The notes under the pieces are model-generated. The model searched no databases, was not told the origin of the DNA, and saw only the letters and a program-made list of their open reading frames with translations. Shown here in pieces: positions 26,106 to 35,327 of a stretch of DNA of 64,000 nucleotides. Source of the stretch: a candidate division WOR-3 bacterium. GTDB taxonomy: Bacteria > Hydrothermota > Tepidihabitantia > Tepidihabitantales > Tepidihabitantaceae. Every line of letters begins with the position of its first letter. Positions within the stretch are counted from its first letter, which is position 1. The DNA lies in contig CBFGJX010000003.1 of the NCBI GenBank assembly GCA_965649225.1, positions 112,603 to 176,602 on the forward strand, in the 5' to 3' direction. The translations under genes were made by a program, and so were the position numbers.

Positions 26106-26125
26106 CCGGCGACAATTGTCACCGG
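26106..26125. repeat. 20-bp near-perfect palindrome CCGGcGACAATTGTCaCCGG between convergent gene ends
   Basis: Core GACAATTGTC is a perfect 10-bp palindrome; the same GACAAT/ATTGTC half-sites recur at 10078-10099. Confidence 0.3.
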
Positions 26126-26424
26126 GCGTCGGGCCGGCCGGCGCGCTGCCGGCAACGCAACAATCTACCTGTCAGTGAGTTACCGTCTCGGGACAACATG
26201 CCGGCATCAAACCGGAAAGTTTTTTCACCCTCCCGGAACCGTTCCCCTTGCGGCGCTGTAGCCTGCCGCTTTGCTTGCTTCAAGGTGACGCTGGTGTGTC
26301 GGTATTGGTCAACAGCCGCTGCCACCGGCCGACTTACCCGTTGCCGGGCTGCAGTCGTTGCCGCAGCACTGCCGGAGAACCCGCGTTTGTCAGTTCTGAA
26401 TCAGCGGAAACCTTGCGGCGGTCG

Positions 26425-27207
26425 TCAGTGGCCGGACCGGCTGTCACTGCCGACAGCAATCTGCAACACCGCGGCCGGATCAGCCGGCTTGCCATTCTGA
26501 CGGATTTCCAGATGAAGATGGGGCGCCGAAGAACGGCCGGTCGAGCCGACCCAGCCGATTGTGGCGCCAATGCGAACTGTGTCACCGCGGTCAACATTGT
26601 GGTCCTGCAGATGGCCGTAGTAGCTCTCATAGCCGCCGCCGTGGCGAAGCAGAATGAAATTACCAAACACCCGGTCCCGACCCGCGGCAACCACCACACC
26701 ATCGGCAACCGCCCGTACCGGCGTGCCCTCCTGAGCGGCAAGGTCAACACCCGGATGCGTCTCATCGGCAACCCGGGAAACGACAAACCGCTCCAGCGGT
26801 TGCAGGGCGGGCACGGCATTCGGGTCCCAGGTGGTCCGTCCCACCCACTCCGGCAGCTCGCCGGCCTCGGGGTCACCCGCGTCCCAGTCAACCGGTGGCG
26901 GCTCACGGTCGATGCCGAGCATCGCCGCCATCCGCGCCGCCTGCCCCTCCAGCTCGCGCAACCGCCCGCGCAGCTCCTGCACCTGTGCCACCTCTGCCTC
27001 CAGTCGCCGGTTGCGCGCCAGCAGCGACACCAGCTGAGCGGTCCGAATCACGCCCGACAAACCGAATGCCAGCGCGGCAATATTGGCAACCGTCAGACTG
27101 GCGGCGACCACTGCCGCCAGTCGCGCCACCCAGAGCGGTATCGAAAGCCGCCACGATTCCGGGCTCCAGCTGTTGGTGACGATCAGCGATATTACGCGAC
27201 GAGGCAT
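26425..27207 (-). CDS. membrane-anchored M23-family metallopeptidase with coiled-coil (EnvC/NlpD-like)
   Basis: N-terminal TM segment; coiled coil LEAEVAQVQELRGRLRELEGQAARMAA; M23 motifs HPGVDLAAQEGTPVRA and GWVGSTGRSSAPHLHLEI. Confidence 0.8.
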   Translation of the reverse strand: MPRRVISLIVTNSWSPESWRLSIPLWVARLAAVVAASLTVANIAALAFGLSGVIRTAQLVSLLARNRRLEAEVAQVQELRGRLRELEGQAARMAAMLGIDREPPPVDWDAGDPEAGELPEWVGRTTWDPNAVPALQPLERFVVSRVADETHPGVDLAAQEGTPVRAVADGVVVAAGRDRVFGNFILLRHGGGYESYYGHLQDHNVDRGDTVRIGATIGWVGSTGRSSAPHLHLEIRQNGKPADPAAVLQIAVGSDSRSGH

Positions 27208-27222
27208 CTCGGCAGAACTGCG

Positions 27223-28080
27223 CTACTGACTGCGCCGACCGCGAATCTGGTCGGCAATGCGGTTGAGATCATCGGTGGACAGATAGACAATCGCCACCTC
27301 GCCCGGCGCCCCGGCGCGCTTCGGCTCCCGGATTACCACCCGGGTACCCAGCGCCTCCTGCAGGCTTTCTTCGAGTTGCTTCAGAAAAACGTCTTTTTCC
27401 GGCCTGGCCGGCGGATTGCGCCGCGCGCGACTGCCGGCGCACAACCGTTCGACCGCACGCACCGACAACCCCTCGCGGACTATCCGCTCACACAACTCGA
27501 CCTGCTCCCGCCGGCTCTCGAGCTGCAAAAGCGCCCGGGCATGACCGGCGGTAATCTGGCCCGCGGCCAGCGCATCGCGCACCTTGAACGGCAGGCTGAG
27601 CAGCCGCAGCGAATTGCTGACCGTCGAGCGGTCCTTGCCGACCCGCCGGGCGATATCCTCGTGGGTCAGACCGAAGTCGGCCGCCAGTCGCTGATAGGCC
27701 AGCGCCTCTTCCATCGGGTTCAGGTCGCGGCGCTGAACATTTTCCACCAGCGCCATCTCCAGCATTGAGGCGTCATCCACCGACCGCACCACTGCTGGAA
27801 TCTCGGTCAGCCCGGCGAGTCCGGCGGCACGGAACCGCCGCTCGCCCATCACCAGCTCATAGCCGTCGCGGCGGCGTCTGACCACCACCGGTTGCAGTAC
27901 GCCGTGCTCGCGGATTGAGTTCACCAGTTCATCGAGATTCTCTTTGGCGTCCTGGCGCGGCTGAAACGGATTGGGCCGGATTTCGTCCAGCCGGATCGGC
28001 CGCGCTTCGGCGGCCAGCGCCTGCTGCGTTTCTTCCGGAATAATCGCATGAATGCCCTTGCCCAGTGCCTTGCGGCTCAC
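27223..28080 (-). CDS. parB: chromosome partitioning protein ParB/Spo0J
   Basis: LQPVVVRRRRDGYELVMGERRFRAAGLAG and HTH region; ATGA-type overlap with parA. Confidence 0.9.
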   Translation of the reverse strand: MSRKALGKGIHAIIPEETQQALAAEARPIRLDEIRPNPFQPRQDAKENLDELVNSIREHGVLQPVVVRRRRDGYELVMGERRFRAAGLAGLTEIPAVVRSVDDASMLEMALVENVQRRDLNPMEEALAYQRLAADFGLTHEDIARRVGKDRSTVSNSLRLLSLPFKVRDALAAGQITAGHARALLQLESRREQVELCERIVREGLSVRAVERLCAGSRARRNPPARPEKDVFLKQLEESLQEALGTRVVIREPKRAGAPGEVAIVYLSTDDLNRIADQIRGRRSQ

Positions 28081-28880
28081 ACCGCCTCCTCACCCGTTGC
28101 TATGGCTCTTGGCTGTCCCAGCCGCCCGAGCAGTTCGTCCGCCGCCGCCAGATAAGCCTGAGCCCCGGCCGATTGCCCGTCATATTCAAACACTGTCTTG
28201 CCGAAACTCGGTGCCTCGGCCAGCCGCACCGAACGCGGGATAACCGTATCGAAGACCAGTTCGCGGAAGAAACTGCGAACTTCGGCCGCCACCTGCTGGG
28301 CCAGGCTCAACCGGCTCGAGTACATCGTCAACAGCACTCCCATGATTGCCAGCCCGGGATTGACGCTGCGACGGACAAGCTCGATTGTCTCCAGCAATCG
28401 CGCCATTCCTTCCAGCGCCAGATACTCAGCCTGCACCGGCACCAGCACCCCGCGGGCCGCAGTCAGGCCGTTGATTGTCAGCAGCCCCAGCGACGGCGGG
28501 CAGTCGATAATGATAAAATCGTAGTGCGGCTCGACCAGTGCCAGCGCCTTGGCCAGCCGGAACTCCCGCTCCTCGGCATCGACCAGTTCAACTTCTCCGC
28601 CGGCGAGATTGGTCGATGCCGGCAGCAGATCAAGCCCCTGAGCCCGGCCGCGAATGATGGCGTCATCAACCCGCTGCGCTTCAACCATCGCCTCATACAC
28701 GCACAACCGGACCGCCTTCCGGTCAACGCCCAGCGCCAGCGTGGCATGACCCTGCGGGTCAATATCCACCAGCAGCGTCTGGCTGCCGGACCGCAACGCC
28801 AGTGCCGCCGCCAGGTTCACCGCGGTCGTAGTCTTACCCACGCCGCCCTTCTGATTACAGATTGCTACCGTCCGGGTCAC
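28077..28880 (-). CDS. parA: chromosome partitioning ATPase ParA/Soj; GTG start
   Basis: VTRTVAICNQKGGVGKTTTAVNLAAALA deviant Walker A; GTG at 28880 preceded by GAGGA 7 nt upstream; the track's upstream ATG adds a 107-aa non-homologous extension. Confidence 0.85.
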   Translation of the reverse strand: MTRTVAICNQKGGVGKTTTAVNLAAALALRSGSQTLLVDIDPQGHATLALGVDRKAVRLCVYEAMVEAQRVDDAIIRGRAQGLDLLPASTNLAGGEVELVDAEEREFRLAKALALVEPHYDFIIIDCPPSLGLLTINGLTAARGVLVPVQAEYLALEGMARLLETIELVRRSVNPGLAIMGVLLTMYSSRLSLAQQVAAEVRSFFRELVFDTVIPRSVRLAEAPSFGKTVFEYDGQSAGAQAYLAAADELLGRLGQPRAIATGEEAV

Positions 28881-28984
28881 GGCTGCATCCTCGTCATCGC
28901 GGCGCCGCCAATCGCAGCGCCAGAGTGACCAATCACTGGAGCAGAACCCAATAGCGGCCGCCTGCTGGTCTTCGCCACTGCTGT

Positions 28985-29488
28985 CTAATCGGTGCGGTGA
29001 ATCAACTGATTGCGGGCCCGCACCAGCCACGAAGAATCGCCCCGCACCACCAGTGCGACAACATCGACGGTGACTCCCGGTCCCCATTTCGGTCCGCCGG
29101 TCGCTGTGCGGTCGGTCTGCCAGCTTGTGCTTGCCGGTTCCTCCAGCGGCCGGTCTGCTCGCGGCACTGCCTCCCATAACTGCCGGCCATTGACAACCCA
29201 CCAGCGCTCGATCGCCAGCCCGTCCGGCACCCGCTCGCCCGGTTTGCTCATCAGCCGGACATTGGCCATCAGCGACTCGCCGTCCGGCGGAGCAACCGGC
29301 TGGAAGTCACGCCAGAGATAGGTCTCGAGGAAGAGCCGGACGCCGTCAATCTCGAGCGTGTCGACGGCACTGGCCAACCGGCTCATCGTCGCCGCCGCCG
29401 CGCGGTCAGTACGGTTTCGGCAGACACCGCTGCAGCCGGCAACAAGACCGGCCACTGCAACAACGAAAATTGTCTTTCGCAGCAACAT
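28985..29488 (-). CDS. hypothetical lipoprotein
   Basis: Signal plus lipobox MLLRKTIFVVAVAGLVAGCSG; 167 aa. Confidence 0.6.
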   Translation of the reverse strand: MLLRKTIFVVAVAGLVAGCSGVCRNRTDRAAAATMSRLASAVDTLEIDGVRLFLETYLWRDFQPVAPPDGESLMANVRLMSKPGERVPDGLAIERWWVVNGRQLWEAVPRADRPLEEPASTSWQTDRTATGGPKWGPGVTVDVVALVVRGDSSWLVRARNQLIHRTD

Positions 29489-29560
29489 TGACGGATTGTA
29501 ACCAACGCGGGCGGCTTGTCCAATCGCCGCGACCGCAAGTCCTGCCTGCAGAAATCGAAA

Positions 29561-30553
29561 CTATTCCCGCGTCGGGCCGGCGCCCTTGCGTTCGAAAAGG
29601 TCGAGAAACCGGTCTTCGTACAGGCCGAAAAGTCCCCAGCGGTCCAGTTCCCGTTTCAGGCGCAGCGCGGCAGCCCGGTCATTCTGGGCCGCCTCAAACA
29701 ACCGTTCAATCCGCTCCATCAACACATGCGGCTCGGGTCGCTCTTCGCCTTCTGATTCGCCTTCCGCCGGCCCCTCTTCGTTCGGTTCCGGCTGATTCTC
29801 GGGCTCGGCCCTTTCCACCCGCAGCCGCAGCGACTGCACCGCTTCGCTGACACGTTCTTCAAACTCACCCAGTACCCGGTCGCTTTCGCGGATTGCCTCA
29901 TCCAGCTCCGCCATGTCCACGGTGGTATTCAGAATCCGCTCGTAGACCTGAACCACCGCCTTGACGGCACGGGGATTGGGACTCTCGACCGCATATTGCG
30001 GCATCGTCGCGAGAAAACACGCTGCCGAAAGCCCCCGCTGCCGGGCAAGCCCGAGCAGAATTCCATTCAGACCGGTAATCCGGCCCTCGGCCATTGGCTC
30101 GACCTTGAGGCTGGCAAAGCTGTTGCGGGTTATCTCGTCCGCCGCGACGCCGTAAACCTGGGTCGGGTGGCGAAAACTTACCGGAATCGCGTAGGCGGCA
30201 CCGGTGTAGACCCGCTCGGTGCCGTGGCTGATGACAAAATCGAGCAACTCACTGGCAACGCGGGTGCCGGCAATGCCGGGCAGTTGTGCCTCAGCCTGAA
30301 AAACGAACAGCGGCGGCTGCTCGCACAAATACACCAGCTGAACCGGCGGCTCGGGGAAAGCACCCAGCCCGTTCTCGACAATAATACCATCCGGCGCACT
30401 TGCATCCGGCACATCAATCCGGGCAACGAGTCGGGCACCGAGCTTACGCCGGAGATAATCGGCCGCGCCAACGCCAACCTGGCCCATTCCGGGCCAGCCG
30501 GCAATCGTAACCGGTACTTTCGCCGGAATGTCCTTACCTAGTTCTGTGAGCAT
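29561..30553 (-). CDS. PAC2 (proteasome-assembly-chaperone-like) family protein with acidic C-terminal tail
   Basis: N-terminal IAGWPGMGQVGVGAADYL... and RITGLNGILLGLARQRGLSAACFLA resemble bacterial PAC2-family proteins; assignment from memory of the family, moderate. Confidence 0.55.
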   Translation of the reverse strand: MLTELGKDIPAKVPVTIAGWPGMGQVGVGAADYLRRKLGARLVARIDVPDASAPDGIIVENGLGAFPEPPVQLVYLCEQPPLFVFQAEAQLPGIAGTRVASELLDFVISHGTERVYTGAAYAIPVSFRHPTQVYGVAADEITRNSFASLKVEPMAEGRITGLNGILLGLARQRGLSAACFLATMPQYAVESPNPRAVKAVVQVYERILNTTVDMAELDEAIRESDRVLGEFEERVSEAVQSLRLRVERAEPENQPEPNEEGPAEGESEGEERPEPHVLMERIERLFEAAQNDRAAALRLKRELDRWGLFGLYEDRFLDLFERKGAGPTRE

Positions 30554-30611
30554 GATTCCTACTTTTTAGACTACCAATCCGGCCGGGCAGTTCAATAGTC
30601 TGTTTGACCGT

Positions 30612-32231
30612 TCAAACCCGCGCCGGTCGACGCCGGAGCATGTCGGCCAAAGCCCGTTCGAAATCCCTCAGGCCCAGCAGCCGACCGGCCAGCCAGTAAA
30701 CGACCGCTCCGGCGCTGCCGGCACAGAGAACTTCACCCGCCTGGACAATCAGGCCGGCAGTGCCGACAAATCTCTCCCACAGTCCGGCCGCAAACCACGC
30801 CGTTGCTCCCCCGGCACCCGCCGCCACCAGCGTCTCGAATGTCCGCCTCAGCAGTTGCCGGTCGCCCAGTCCGCCGATTCTCCGGCGCAGGGCAAGAAAC
30901 AGCACCCCAAAATTGAACAGCTGCGTAATCCCCGCCGCCAGCGGAAACGAACGAAAACCGATCCGCCCCATCAGCAGAAGATTGACAATGATGTTCGCCG
31001 CCACGGTCCCGACGGCAATCAGCGCCGGGGTCCGGGTATCGCCGGTCGAGTAGAACCCGGCGGCACAGTTGCGGCTTGCTGCCGCCGGCCAGATTCCCAG
31101 ACAGTACAACGCCAGCGCCTGCGCGGTGAGCAGGGTATCGGCCGGCGTGAAACGACCGTGCTGATAAATCAGCCGGACGACCGGCACCGCCAGCGCTGCC
31201 AGCAGCGCTGCGGCCGGCAGAGTCAAAACCGACACCAGTCCCATCGCATGCACCATTCGGCTGCGCAGGGCATCGAACCGCGCCCCGGCGGCTTCATGGG
31301 CATACTCGGCAATCGCCACCGACCCGATCGCGGCCCCGAACAGCCCGGCAGGCAGATGTTGAATGCGATAAGCATAATTGACCCAGGTAACCGAACCCTC
31401 GCGCAGAAAAGTCAGAAGGAAGGTGTTGACCAGAAAGTTCACCTGCCAGGTGGCGAACCCGAGAATCATCGGCAACCAGCGGCGAACCACCTGGCGCAGC
31501 TCCGCATCCCGCCAGTCCAGCACCGGCCGCCAGCGCAGCCCCATCTGCGCCAGTGACGGCACCTGAACCAGAAACTGGGCCGCCGCCCCCGCCGTGACAC
31601 CCCAGGCCATTCCAACAATCGGCTCGACCCCGCGGCTCCGCAGCCAGGCATAGGTCGCCAGCGGCAGCGCTGCCGAAACGACATTGAACGCGGCCGGTGC
31701 CGTCGCCGGTACAAAAAACCGCCCGCCGGCATTCAGCACCCCCATCGCCCAGGCTGCCATCGCCACCAGCACCAGAAACGGAAACATCAGCCGCGTCAGC
31801 GTAACGGTCAGGGCGAATTTCTCCGGCTGGCCGACAAAGCCCATCGCAATCACCCGCACCACTGCCGGCGCGAAGACGATCGCCAGCACCACTGCCGCCG
31901 ACAAAACCAGCACCAGCGTGTTGAGCGTGTTCGCGGCAAAACGCCAGCTCCGCTCCCGGTCACCCTGACGCAGACTCTGCACGAATGCCGGGACAAACGC
32001 CGCCGACAAGGCACTTTCGGCAAACAAATCGCGCAGAAAATTCGGAATCCGGAAGGCAACGTTAAACGCGTCGCTGGCCATGCCGGCGCCAAAAAGATAG
32101 GCAAAAACCGACTCGCGCACCACGCCCAGTATCCGCGAAAGCATCGTCCCGGCCGAGAAAAGGCCAACCCGGCGGGTGAAACGCTCGCCCGTACCGGTAT
32201 CAGCCGGCTCTGGCACTGCCTTGCTGGTCAC
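30612..32231 (-). CDS. murJ: lipid II flippase MurJ (MviN); start uncertain (GTG 32231 proposed, track gives 32366)
   Basis: MLSRILGVVRESVFAYLFGAGMASDAFNVAFRIPNFLRDLF signature; the shorter start avoids overlap with the divergent CofE-like gene. Confidence 0.8.
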   Translation of the reverse strand: MTSKAVPEPADTGTGERFTRRVGLFSAGTMLSRILGVVRESVFAYLFGAGMASDAFNVAFRIPNFLRDLFAESALSAAFVPAFVQSLRQGDRERSWRFAANTLNTLVLVLSAAVVLAIVFAPAVVRVIAMGFVGQPEKFALTVTLTRLMFPFLVLVAMAAWAMGVLNAGGRFFVPATAPAAFNVVSAALPLATYAWLRSRGVEPIVGMAWGVTAGAAAQFLVQVPSLAQMGLRWRPVLDWRDAELRQVVRRWLPMILGFATWQVNFLVNTFLLTFLREGSVTWVNYAYRIQHLPAGLFGAAIGSVAIAEYAHEAAGARFDALRSRMVHAMGLVSVLTLPAAALLAALAVPVVRLIYQHGRFTPADTLLTAQALALYCLGIWPAAASRNCAAGFYSTGDTRTPALIAVGTVAANIIVNLLLMGRIGFRSFPLAAGITQLFNFGVLFLALRRRIGGLGDRQLLRRTFETLVAAGAGGATAWFAAGLWERFVGTAGLIVQAGEVLCAGSAGAVVYWLAGRLLGLRDFERALADMLRRRPARV

Positions 32232-32295
32232 GCCGCAGTATAGGTTCTGCCTCCGGCCTGTAAAGACTGCCGCCGGCTTGACTGGCCGCCGAGTG

Positions 32296-32991
32296 ATGCT
32301 ATCGTTGCCCGTGCCCAGAGAAAAACCGCCCGTGATTGACGTCGCCGGCCGGCCGGTACGCCGCATTCCGGTTTACACCGGTTTGATTACCGAAAAAGAC
32401 GACATCGTCGAAGTCGTCCAACGGACTGCCGGGCCACTGCTTGAACCTCAGGACATCATCACCGTTGCTGAAAGCCCGGTCGCGGTCACTCAGGGCCGCG
32501 CCATCCCCATTGACCGCATCCGGCCCGGTTTCTGGGCCAACCTGCTCTGGCGATTCGTCAAGAAGGTACCATACGGCATCGGCCTGCGCAGCCCGTGGTC
32601 AATGCAGTGTGCCATCGACGAGGTCGGCGCGCCGCGGATTGTGCGCGCGGCAATTGCCGGCGGCTGGGGCAAGCTGCGCGGACGGTCAGGCGACTTCTAC
32701 CGGGTTGCCGGCGATGCGGTGGCAATGATTGATGCCGCCCACACTTCGGGCGTGAAGGAATTCTACAACTGCGTAATCATGGGACCGAAGGCACCGGATG
32801 AAGTCGCCGGTCGAATCGCTGCCGCCACCGGCCGACCGACAGCGATTGTTGATGCCAACGACATCTTCGGCTGCAAGGTTGTCGGTGCTTCCGCCGGACT
32901 TGACCGCGAGCTGGTTCAGAATGCGATGCGCGACAACCCGGCCGGGCAGGGCGGCGAGATGACCCCGATCGTCATACTCCGCCCCGAGTAA
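32296..32991 (+). CDS. CofE-like protein (F420-0:gamma-glutamyl ligase family domain)
   Basis: IPVYTGLITEKDDIVEVV...DIITVAESPVAVTQGRAI pattern as in CofE N-termini; start set at ATG 32296 (MLSLPVP...). Confidence 0.5.
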   Translation: MLSLPVPREKPPVIDVAGRPVRRIPVYTGLITEKDDIVEVVQRTAGPLLEPQDIITVAESPVAVTQGRAIPIDRIRPGFWANLLWRFVKKVPYGIGLRSPWSMQCAIDEVGAPRIVRAAIAGGWGKLRGRSGDFYRVAGDAVAMIDAAHTSGVKEFYNCVIMGPKAPDEVAGRIAAATGRPTAIVDANDIFGCKVVGASAGLDRELVQNAMRDNPAGQGGEMTPIVILRPE

Positions 32992-32993
32992 CT

Positions 32994-33854
32994 TCACCCC
33001 GGACCGCCAATACCAACCAGAACCAGCGCCAGCACAGCCAGCGCTATGCCGGCCACGCCAATCAAGCTGACGCGCTCACGCCAGATGAACACACCGGCGA
33101 GGGCCGAAAGCCCGACCTCACCCGCCGCGATTGTCGGATAGACCGCAACTGCCGGCAGTAACGCCAGTGCCAGAATGAGAAAAAGATAATTGCCCAGATT
33201 GGCTACCCCGACCAGAGCGCCCAGCTGCAGAGTGCTGCGGTCAACCCGCTCAGGCCGGCCAAAATACAAAACACTCGTCACCGCAAAGGCGGCAACAAAA
33301 AGCATCGCCTGAAACGGCAGCGCCTCGGTCGGCGGCAGCTGGTGGCGAAAAACCTGCGCCGCCGCCATCACCAGCCCGTCAACTGCAAAAAGCAGTCCAA
33401 GCCACAAAGCCGCAACGCTGCGGCGCGGCCGTTGGGTATCCCTGCCCCGGAGTACATCCAACAGCACCAGTACCAGCGCAACGACCGCCGCACCACCGCC
33501 GGCCAGTTCAAGTGCCGTCGGGCGTTCATGCCAGATGACCGCACCGGCCAGAACCGGCACGACAATCGCACTGCGCATCGCCGTGACTGAAAACGCCAGT
33601 CCGGCCTCCTGCATTGCCCGCAGCCACACCAAGAGACCGGCAACAAACAACGCTCCGGTCGCAACTGCAAACAGCGCCGTCGGCCGTGAAATCGTTGTCT
33701 GTCCGGTAGCCACTGCTGCCAGAAAGGCCAGCAGTGCGGCGACCGCGTAGTTGACCCGGACCAGCGGCAACCGGGGCAGACCGCGGGTCTCGGCATGACG
33801 CAGGGCCAGTCCCATTCCGACCGCCGCAACAATCTTCAACAGCAGAAAAAGCAC
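32994..33854 (-). CDS. EamA/DMT-superfamily transporter (10 TM)
   Basis: Two hydrophobic EamA-like halves; 286 aa. Confidence 0.7.
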   Translation of the reverse strand: MLFLLLKIVAAVGMGLALRHAETRGLPRLPLVRVNYAVAALLAFLAAVATGQTTISRPTALFAVATGALFVAGLLVWLRAMQEAGLAFSVTAMRSAIVVPVLAGAVIWHERPTALELAGGGAAVVALVLVLLDVLRGRDTQRPRRSVAALWLGLLFAVDGLVMAAAQVFRHQLPPTEALPFQAMLFVAAFAVTSVLYFGRPERVDRSTLQLGALVGVANLGNYLFLILALALLPAVAVYPTIAAGEVGLSALAGVFIWRERVSLIGVAGIALAVLALVLVGIGGPG

Positions 33855-33893
33855 CCGGGATTATCAACGCTGCCCGGCCGGCGTCAACCGAAC

Positions 33894-33923
33894 TCTGAAA
33901 CCAGTAGCCAGGAGACCAGTCTA
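33894..33923 (+). promoter_or_regulatory. weak sigma32-like element TCTGAAA-N15-CCAGTCTA upstream of hsp20
   Basis: Partial match to CTTGAAA-N13-15-CCCCATNT; speculative. Confidence 0.2.
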
Positions 33924-33962
33924 AGAAGGTGAAGACAGCAATATCGCAAAGGAGGTGGTGAT

Positions 33963-34412
33963 ATGGCTCGCAATCTGATGACTTGGGATCCGTTCCGTGA
34001 GGTCTCGCTGCTGCGTGATGAGATGGAACGATTCTTCGACAGCCTCAGTGGTCGCTATCCGCGTGAGCGGACAGAGGTGATTTGGGGTCCGCCGGTCGAT
34101 GTTGAGGAAACGGATGAGGAAATCATCGTCCGCGCGGAGCTGCCGGGCATGAACAAGGACGACATCAAAGTCAGCGTCATGGGCGATGTCCTGACCATCA
34201 ACGGTGAGCGCAAGCACGAATCGGAGCAGAAGGGCAAGACATTCCATCGCGTCGAGCGGCTCTACGGCAAGTTCCAGCGCAGTCTGACCTTGCCGTGTGA
34301 GGTCGAAAGCGAGAAGGCCAAAGCGTCCTACAAGAACGGCGTGCTTGAGCTGACACTGCCCAAGACCGCCCGGACCAAGTCCCGCGAGATCACCATCAAG
34401 GCCGAAGACTGA
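33963..34412 (+). CDS. Hsp20/alpha-crystallin family small heat-shock protein
   Basis: WDPFREVSLLRDEMERFFD...AELPGMNKDDIKVSV...GVLELTLPK; RBS AAGGAGGtggtgatATG. Confidence 0.9.
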   Translation: MARNLMTWDPFREVSLLRDEMERFFDSLSGRYPRERTEVIWGPPVDVEETDEEIIVRAELPGMNKDDIKVSVMGDVLTINGERKHESEQKGKTFHRVERLYGKFQRSLTLPCEVESEKAKASYKNGVLELTLPKTARTKSREITIKAED

Positions 34413-34427
34413 GGCTGATTCGAGCCT

Positions 34428-34460
34428 GGACCCGCCTTCGGGCGGGTCCTTGCTGTTTTC
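34428..34460 (+). terminator. rho-independent terminator GGACCCGCC-ttcg-GGCGGGTCC followed by TTGCTGTTTTC
   Basis: 9-bp perfect stem with UUCG tetraloop 16 nt after the hsp20 stop, then a T-run. Confidence 0.7.
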
Positions 34461-34470
34461 AACGGGACGA

Positions 34471-34499
34471 TTGACCGTTGTCCGCCGCCCTTCTATACT
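34471..34499 (+). promoter_or_regulatory. putative promoter TTGACC-17-TATACT for lepB (leader ~12 nt)
   Basis: gaTTGACCgttgtccgccgcccttcTATACTcgtagttaccgactactgATG. Confidence 0.45.
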
Positions 34500-34517
34500 C
34501 GTAGTTACCGACTACTG

Positions 34518-35327
34518 ATGAAGCGAATAATGAACTGGCTCCGCCGACAGGCTGCGGCCTGGTTACCGGTAATCGTTTCGGTATTGCTTATCCGGTCGTT
34601 TGTCGTCGAGTCGTTCGTGGTGCCGACCGGTTCGATGGAAGACACGATCGAAGCCGGTGACGCGATGCTGGTCAACAAGTTCATCTATGGCATCCGGCTG
34701 CCTTTTACCGAGCGGATAATCATCCCGGTCTCGGCCCCGAAACGCGGCGATATCATTGTTTTCCGCTATCCCCAGGACCCCGAAGTCCCGCCCGGCTGCT
34801 CGCGCATCTTCCCGGCCTGGCTGCCGCTGCTGCCGGTGTTCTGGGACAACACTACCGGCTTTCTTCGTTTTTACACGCCGACCAATCTGATCAAACGCTG
34901 TGTTGCTCTCGCCGGCGACACGGTCGAGTACCGGGAAAAACAGCTCTACATCAACGGCATTCTCCAGCATGAACCCTATGTCCGCCACAAAGACCCCCGC
35001 TTCCTGCCCGGGGTTCCCGCTCTGCGCGATTCCTGGCAGACACTGTGGGAGGCAGACCGGTTCTACCGCACCGGTTTCACGCCCTATGTCCGGGACAATT
35101 TCGGGCCGATTGTTGTCCCCGAAGGCCACCTCTTCATGATGGGCGACAATCGGGACAATTCCGAAGACGGTCGGTTCTGGGGGCCACTGCCACTGAACTG
35201 CATCCGGGGCCGGCCGCTGGTGCTTTATTTCTCCTCGTCCGCGGCAGTCCAGCCGGTCAACATTCTCCGGGTGCTCCTCTCACCCTGGGCAATCCGGCCC
35301 CAGCGCATCGGGCGCATTATCCGGTGA
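34518..35327 (+). CDS. lepB: signal peptidase I (S26 family)
   Basis: PTGSMEDTI (Ser box), GDAMLVNKFIYG, GDNRDNSEDGRFWGP boxes. Confidence 0.9.
   Translation: MKRIMNWLRRQAAAWLPVIVSVLLIRSFVVESFVVPTGSMEDTIEAGDAMLVNKFIYGIRLPFTERIIIPVSAPKRGDIIVFRYPQDPEVPPGCSRIFPAWLPLLPVFWDNTTGFLRFYTPTNLIKRCVALAGDTVEYREKQLYINGILQHEPYVRHKDPRFLPGVPALRDSWQTLWEADRFYRTGFTPYVRDNFGPIVVPEGHLFMMGDNRDNSEDGRFWGPLPLNCIRGRPLVLYFSSSAAVQPVNILRVLLSPWAIRPQRIGRIIR

Noticed and set aside
26248-27768. 506-aa plus-strand ORF spanning the M23 peptidase and ParB loci
   Set aside because: It lies entirely antisense to two genes with strong homology (M23, ParB). Its composition is low-complexity Arg/Ala/Gly/Pro.
27223-29201. Search for a parS site (TGTTTCACGTGAAACA) near parAB
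   Set aside because: No 16-bp match or close variant was seen in or around the parAB genes. Only unrelated GTTTCAC fragments occur elsewhere (e.g. 21771), so no parS feature is reported.
33894-33923. CIRCE or HAIR heat-shock operators upstream of hsp20
   Set aside because: Neither inverted repeat is present. Only a weak sigma32-like match exists, and it is reported with low confidence.
35045-35323. ATG-initiated 5' extension of the FG-GAP protein ORF overlapping lepB
   Set aside because: It overlaps 280 nt of lepB in another frame. The in-frame GTG at 35324 directly follows the lepB stop (GTGA) and precedes a signal peptide.
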